Assembly (NCBI GenBank): GCA_963664195.1
Contig: OY760907.1
Coordinates: 32,001-96,000, forward strand
Reading direction: 5' to 3'
DNA from: an uncultured candidate division Zixibacteria bacterium
Lineage (GTDB): Bacteria; Zixibacteria; MSB-5A5; GN15; FEB-12
Length of the DNA stretch: 64,000 nt
Shown here in pieces: positions 58,984-64,000 of this stretch. Positions within the stretch are counted from its first letter, which is position 1, and each line of letters begins with the position of its first letter. Under the pieces are notes generated by a model. The model was not told where the DNA came from. It did no database searches and saw only the letters and a program-made list of their open reading frames with translations. A program made the translations under genes and the position numbers.

Positions 58984-61900
58984 TCATTTCGTTCTCAGTT
59001 TGAACGTCCGTATTTCAAACGGTTCGAACCGGAGTTCAACCGGTTCGTTGCAGAGTATCTCCGTGTCGGAGTCACGCCATTCCATGAGGTCGGTTTCGAC
59101 AAGTCTGGCCGAAGTGCTATCGGCGTGAAGTTCACACCCCGAATGCCTGCCAAGTCTCTCAACTATGCGGAGGATCAGGCAGTCTTCCTTTTCGGCTTCC
59201 TTTAGGACCTCGAGCGACACGCCGTCTCCCTCAACCCTAACGGGAACATGCAGGGCTTCGGTTCGCATACCGGAGACAACCAAGACAGGCTGATTCAACT
59301 GCGCTGCGCCGGCAATGACATCGGAACGGATGAGATCGCCAGTGTGCGGAAGCAGGCTGTACGTGAAGCGATGCTCTCCCTGATCGGCATCCGGATCGGG
59401 GTACGTGGGCGACCGGAGCAAATCCAGATCAATTACGTTGTCATGCACTTTGTAACCGTACTTGCAGTCGTTCAAGAGGGCCACGCCGTAATCGTTGTCC
59501 GACAGGTCAGCATAGCGGTGTCCGACAACTTCAAAGCGGGCGGCATCCCAGGAGGTGTTGCGGTGAGTGGAACGCTTGACATAACCGTACTGGATGTCAA
59601 ACGAAGCCTCCTCGCTGTGGACATTCACCGGGAACGCAACTCGCAACATGCGGTGTTTCTCGTGCCAGTCGACAGTCGTTTCGAAGTCAAGCTGACGGGA
59701 GTTGCCGGCAAGGTACACTTGCTGGGTGAGCCTCGAATCGCCGACAGTGAACTCGAATTTCAGACCCTGACGAACAGGGCCGGACGCCAGTGGCGTGACC
59801 GACTCACACTTCGCCTGCCCTATGACGTGGTGTTCGTAAAACTTATCGATATCCCAGGCGTCCCAGTTGTTGGGACGGTCATCATACAACGTGAGCAGAT
59901 TACCCGCTTTGCCCAGCTCAAGAATGTCGCGCCCGCACTCTTTGTCATAGGCATAGGCAAGAGTGCCATCGCCTGAGAACTCGTATCTGACCAGATCGTT
60001 TTCAAGCACCGTGCTATCGGTCTCTGGCGAATCTGCAACTGTCTCATTGGACCGACGCAGGGTGGCGAACGAATACGGCGCAACCCCAGCCAGAACGACC
60101 AATCGGCCGTCCTCGGTTTGCTGCGGGAGCGGCCCGCCGTTTTCGTCGACGACCGTGCAATTGGCCCAACTCTCAGGTAGAACAACCGGGCGTTCATACG
60201 AATAGTGCAGACTGTTGAACAACACCACGGCATCTTCGTCAGGGTCGAAGAGATTCTCTGCCGTCTTAGTCTGGATATTGTCGCATTCGGCAATCAGTCG
60301 CTCGTAATCTTTGTGCGTATCATCGTAGACGCGCGTGATACTTGAACCGGGAATATTGTCGTGAAACTGGTGACACATGAGCGTTTTCCAGATCGCATCG
60401 AATTGTCTGGCCGGATAGTCGTCTGAAGGGAGACAACTGCACAGCATTTCCAGTTCGCGAAGGCGTTGTTCAATCCGTCGATTGCGCTTCTTCACGAGCG
60501 CCTGTGCCGTGTAAGTTCCACGGTGCAACTCCAGGTACAATTCACCGACCCAGGTTGCTACTTCGCCGCGATGGTTGTCCAGTCGCTCGAAGAACGCATC
60601 GGCTCTGCCAAACTCCACTCTGGGTGCGCTCTCAAGATTGGCCATACGACGGCCGCACTCGATGCTTTCGGCTTTTGGCCCGCCGCCGCCGTCGCCTACG
60701 CCAAACAGGCTGATGAATTCGTCTATGAAATCCTTTTCATGAAAAGCATCAACAGCCGGCATCAGAAACTCGGTGTCGAGTTGGCTGTTGTACGTGTTCT
60801 CGGGCGGGAAGTGCGTCAGAATCTCCGAGCCGTCAATTCCTCGCCACAAAAACGTGTGGTGCGGGAATTGATTGTACTGGTTCCAGGAAAGTTTGGTCGT
60901 CAGGAAATACTCAATTCCGCTCTTGCTGAGAATCTGCGGAAGGGCCGCTGAGTATCCGAACACATCCGGCAGCCAGAGATTGGTGACCTCGACTCCAAAC
61001 TCGTCTTTGAAGAAGTTTTTGCCGTGGAGTAGCTGACGAATCATCGACTCGCCTGATATCAGGTTGCAGTCTGCCTCGACCCACATTCCCCCCAGCAACT
61101 CCCAGCGGCCGTCCGCAACAGCACTCTTTATCCTCTCGTACAACTCTGGATACTGTTCCTTGACGAACGCATACTGCACCGGTTGCGAGGCACCGAAGAC
61201 GTAGCCGGGATAACGATCAATCAAATCGAGTTGACTGGAAAATGTGCGTGCGCATTTCCGGACCGTCTCGCGCAACGGCCAGAGCCAGACCGTGTCTATA
61301 TGGGCGTGCCCAACAGCGACCACTGACAGGTCTGATGCCGAAGCCGGCTTCTTCAATTCCCTGCTAATGATCTCGCGACAGCGCTCGAGATCCTTGTATC
61401 CTCGAAAGGCATCGATAGCCTCGTTGACAGTGCGAATGATTCTCGCTCGTCGCACGGACTTTTCGGGCAGCCGCTGGATCATACCACAGAGGACACGCAG
61501 GTCAAGCGACAGATGCCAGGCCGTTTCATCGAACACACGAAGTCTTATCTCAACAACTGAAGCATCAAACTGCCCGTACCGTTTTGGTGAATCGGCCTCG
61601 GGGTCTGGCTCGGTAAACACGCCAAACAGACTGTTGGCGGCAGCCTCGACCCAGAGTTCGACCGCTTCGCCACCCTCGCACTGGCCAAACAGCGGCACGG
61701 TGTCACGGGCGAAATGAGGATCAAAGATTGAGCCGTTGGTTATCCCCTGAAGCATGTGACCCTCGGCATCAAGTACCAACCCTTCCCCTGAGAAATCCAA
61801 CTGGGCGACAACTTTCTTTCCGGCCCACTCCGGGGGCACTTCCGCTTTCAGATGGAACCACGCGCTGTCCCACTTGTTACCCCACGAGGCACCTTTGGCG

Positions 61901-62064
61901 ATGGACTTGTACTCACCCAGAAGCCGGTCAGCAAACGCTATCGGCTCCTTGGAGTGGCAGAAGGTCGCAGCAAATTCCGACGAATCATTCAGGATCATGC
62001 CGGCGATCCGCTGGCGAAATCTGTCTATTCGCGTGATACGTATTTCGGTTTCTTTTTTGTCCAC
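58984..62064 (-). CDS. GH38 alpha-mannosidase (no signal peptide)
   Basis: HAHIDTVWLWP, WLPDVFGY, GDGGGG, YLELHRGT, QFHD.IPGSSI. Confidence 0.95.
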   Translation of the reverse strand: MDKKETEIRITRIDRFRQRIAGMILNDSSEFAATFCHSKEPIAFADRLLGEYKSIAKGASWGNKWDSAWFHLKAEVPPEWAGKKVVAQLDFSGEGLVLDAEGHMLQGITNGSIFDPHFARDTVPLFGQCEGGEAVELWVEAAANSLFGVFTEPDPEADSPKRYGQFDASVVEIRLRVFDETAWHLSLDLRVLCGMIQRLPEKSVRRARIIRTVNEAIDAFRGYKDLERCREIISRELKKPASASDLSVVAVGHAHIDTVWLWPLRETVRKCARTFSSQLDLIDRYPGYVFGASQPVQYAFVKEQYPELYERIKSAVADGRWELLGGMWVEADCNLISGESMIRQLLHGKNFFKDEFGVEVTNLWLPDVFGYSAALPQILSKSGIEYFLTTKLSWNQYNQFPHHTFLWRGIDGSEILTHFPPENTYNSQLDTEFLMPAVDAFHEKDFIDEFISLFGVGDGGGGPKAESIECGRRMANLESAPRVEFGRADAFFERLDNHRGEVATWVGELYLELHRGTYTAQALVKKRNRRIEQRLRELEMLCSCLPSDDYPARQFDAIWKTLMCHQFHDNIPGSSITRVYDDTHKDYERLIAECDNIQTKTAENLFDPDEDAVVLFNSLHYSYERPVVLPESWANCTVVDENGGPLPQQTEDGRLVVLAGVAPYSFATLRRSNETVADSPETDSTVLENDLVRYEFSGDGTLAYAYDKECGRDILELGKAGNLLTLYDDRPNNWDAWDIDKFYEHHVIGQAKCESVTPLASGPVRQGLKFEFTVGDSRLTQQVYLAGNSRQLDFETTVDWHEKHRMLRVAFPVNVHSEEASFDIQYGYVKRSTHRNTSWDAARFEVVGHRYADLSDNDYGVALLNDCKYGYKVHDNVIDLDLLRSPTYPDPDADQGEHRFTYSLLPHTGDLIRSDVIAGAAQLNQPVLVVSGMRTEALHVPVRVEGDGVSLEVLKEAEKEDCLILRIVERLGRHSGCELHADSTSARLVETDLMEWRDSDTEILCNEPVELRFEPFEIRTFKLRTK

Positions 62065-62067
62065 GTC

Positions 62068-64000
62068 TTATTCCTCGACCCTATCCGTCTGATTAGCTTC
62101 GATGAAACCGTCGTCCCGGTCATCACGTTGTGTCGTGCGCAGCCGCTTAATCATTATCACCATATCTTTGTAGCCGCCAATGGCAAACCAGACCGCCACC
62201 ACGAGCGCCAATCCGAGTTGTATCAGCAGATATACGTTCCAGAAACTCATCCAGGTTTCATCGGACACTTCCCAGGTCAGATTGTAGATGGTGCCAAAGA
62301 TGAATACGAGTGTCCAGCCGCCGGTCCATACATAGTTCACGATATAGATGAACTTGTCGCCTCTGGTAAACTCCCTGCCCATGCCAAGCAGCCGCCACCC
62401 TCTTTCGGGGACGGCGTTGACAATCTTCGTCTCGTCCTTGACCGCATACTCTCCCCTCTTGAGCAGCTTGTCCAGATTGAGCCTGGGCGGTTTGCTCAAC
62501 AGCGACACAACGATGTATACCATACTGGCACCGAACATGCTGATCATCCAGAACCATTGACCGTTGATGAAGAAGTCGTCCACTATCTGGTGAATGATAA
62601 TGCCGCCGACTGCAATTGACGACCCGGTTATCATGGCAGCCCAGGCCGCACCGGTTGTTCCCCGTTTCCAGTACAGACCGCCTATAATTACGGCGCCGGA
62701 GCCACCGGCGAAAATCGCACCGGTTATCGCAAAAAACAGAAAGATGTACTGACTCTGTTTGAACAGCAGGCTGAAGAAGAATATAAACACGGCGACAAAA
62801 ACGACTGCAGCGCGAAGCACTCTCAGGTGCTGTTCCGGAGTAAACGGCTTCTTGCGCATCGGCATGATGACATCCTGCACCAGAATACTCCCCCAGGAGT
62901 GCAGGTAGGAATCGTGCGTACTGATGAAGGCGGCCAGCATCACCGCAACGAACGCACCCAGAAGTCCTTTAGGCAGAATGTGCATCAGTACCAGCGGGGT
63001 CTTCAATTGGCTTTGCACCGCCTCGGATTCGACATTGGCGAGCGTAGCCCCCACGGCGTTGGCAATGTCGGCGAAGTTGGCGTGGTTCAGAACAGTGTAG
63101 GCGACAATCGGGATGAAAAAGAAAAACAACGTTTGTGGCAAACCTCTCCATCCGGCCAACACGGCACCCATTTTTGCTTCGTGGGCGCTTTTTGCCGAGG
63201 CGTTGTATCCCTGCGTTCCCTGCCAGGACATGGAGCCGTACATCACGCCGAAAATGCCGACGAGGAAATACCAGAAGTTGAAATCTTCCACCTGACTGGT
63301 ATGAAACGGATTTATCAACGAGGCCTCCGTTGGCGCCGAGGACAACGCCTCAAAAATGCACACCCAGTCAAACGAAACAACAGCATAAACGATCAGGATC
63401 AGCAACACAATATTGACAAACATCCCCTGGAAGAAGTCTGCGATGATCACCGCGATCTGTCCACCGGAGAAGACGAAATAGAGCGAGATCGATAGTAGGC
63501 AGATCATCGTTACGGGAAACGTACCAATCTCCATGCCAAGCAGACTGAACGAATGCGGCAGGCCGCAGAAGTAGATGAAAAAGCGCGCACCGACCGCGGG
63601 GAAAATACCGAAATTTATCAGGCCGGACAGAAAGGCGATGATGCCGGTGAATATCCGAAACTTGCGACTGTATCGTTCCTCGAAAAACTGCGCGAGCGTC
63701 AATGCCCTTGTCTGGCGAAAGCGGTAGATCACCCAGCCGGAAACTGTGATGACGAGTATGACCAGCGCCATCGTCATGCCCCACCACGCCATGGAAAAAC
63801 CGGCCACGAGGTTCATTTCCAGATTGCCGACTATCGTGATCGCTCCCAGTCCGGCGACTCCGCTGGCAACGCTGATTACATATCTCCCGGCAGAACGTCC
63901 GGCGGCCAGAAAATCCGCCACACTGCGCATCAGGCGTTTGGCCGCGAATACGGAGAAAAACATCAAGCCAAGGACCACGACGACTATTGACCAGTCCAGA
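62068..64000 (-). CDS. Sodium:solute symporter (SSS) family protein (5' end beyond window)
   Basis: Frame stays open to window edge (LDWSIVVVVLGLM); DFLAAGRSAGRY, TLAQFFEERY, GGLYWKRGT. Confidence 0.92.
   Translation of the reverse strand, partial: LDWSIVVVVLGLMFFSVFAAKRLMRSVADFLAAGRSAGRYVISVASGVAGLGAITIVGNLEMNLVAGFSMAWWGMTMALVILVITVSGWVIYRFRQTRALTLAQFFEERYSRKFRIFTGIIAFLSGLINFGIFPAVGARFFIYFCGLPHSFSLLGMEIGTFPVTMICLLSISLYFVFSGGQIAVIIADFFQGMFVNIVLLILIVYAVVSFDWVCIFEALSSAPTEASLINPFHTSQVEDFNFWYFLVGIFGVMYGSMSWQGTQGYNASAKSAHEAKMGAVLAGWRGLPQTLFFFFIPIVAYTVLNHANFADIANAVGATLANVESEAVQSQLKTPLVLMHILPKGLLGAFVAVMLAAFISTHDSYLHSWGSILVQDVIMPMRKKPFTPEQHLRVLRAAVVFVAVFIFFFSLLFKQSQYIFLFFAITGAIFAGGSGAVIIGGLYWKRGTTGAAWAAMITGSSIAVGGIIIHQIVDDFFINGQWFWMISMFGASMVYIVVSLLSKPPRLNLDKLLKRGEYAVKDETKIVNAVPERGWRLLGMGREFTRGDKFIYIVNYVWTGGWTLVFIFGTIYNLTWEVSDETWMSFWNVYLLIQLGLALVVAVWFAIGGYKDMVIMIKRLRTTQRDDRDDGFIEANQTDRVEE

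Overview
Bacterial chromosomal window of moderately high GC. The Cys-flanked C-terminal dockerin repeats are of the kind I associate with candidate phylum Zixibacteria (inference, not verified). From left to right it holds: a partial DUF2089 gene, Mn/Fe-SOD and a GT4 glycosyltransferase; a ~17 kb block of secreted modular proteins (serine hydrolase, FG-GAP protein, two papain-family C1A peptidases, a gingipain-like C25 peptidase, a fibre-like protein with a small dockerin adaptor), where six proteins end in the same dockerin and four carry a PKD-cohesin-like-dockerin tail; a frameshifted CARDB-like gene; OM barrel, DUF4410 and transglutaminase-like genes; small hypotheticals, a zinc ribbon and a multi-PAS LuxR regulator; an orphan PEP-CTERM fragment; a complete cbb3 oxidase operon (ccoI-S-NO-Q-P-G-H-DsbD_2); a GNAT; a 15.5 kb seven-gene hybrid ABC/RND/TolC operon; tricorn-like S41 protease; tldD/tldE; REP-like repeats; and an N-glycan catabolic operon (SSS transporter, GH38, PNGase F-like, GH20). 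Two candidates for an undescribed system stand out. One is the hybrid exporter, in which an RND permease is fused to an intact ABC ATPase that has a membrane hairpin bundle inserted inside the nucleotide-binding domain. The other is a possible self-assembling cohesin-dockerin protease complex. I saw no rRNA, tRNA, CRISPR array or transposase.
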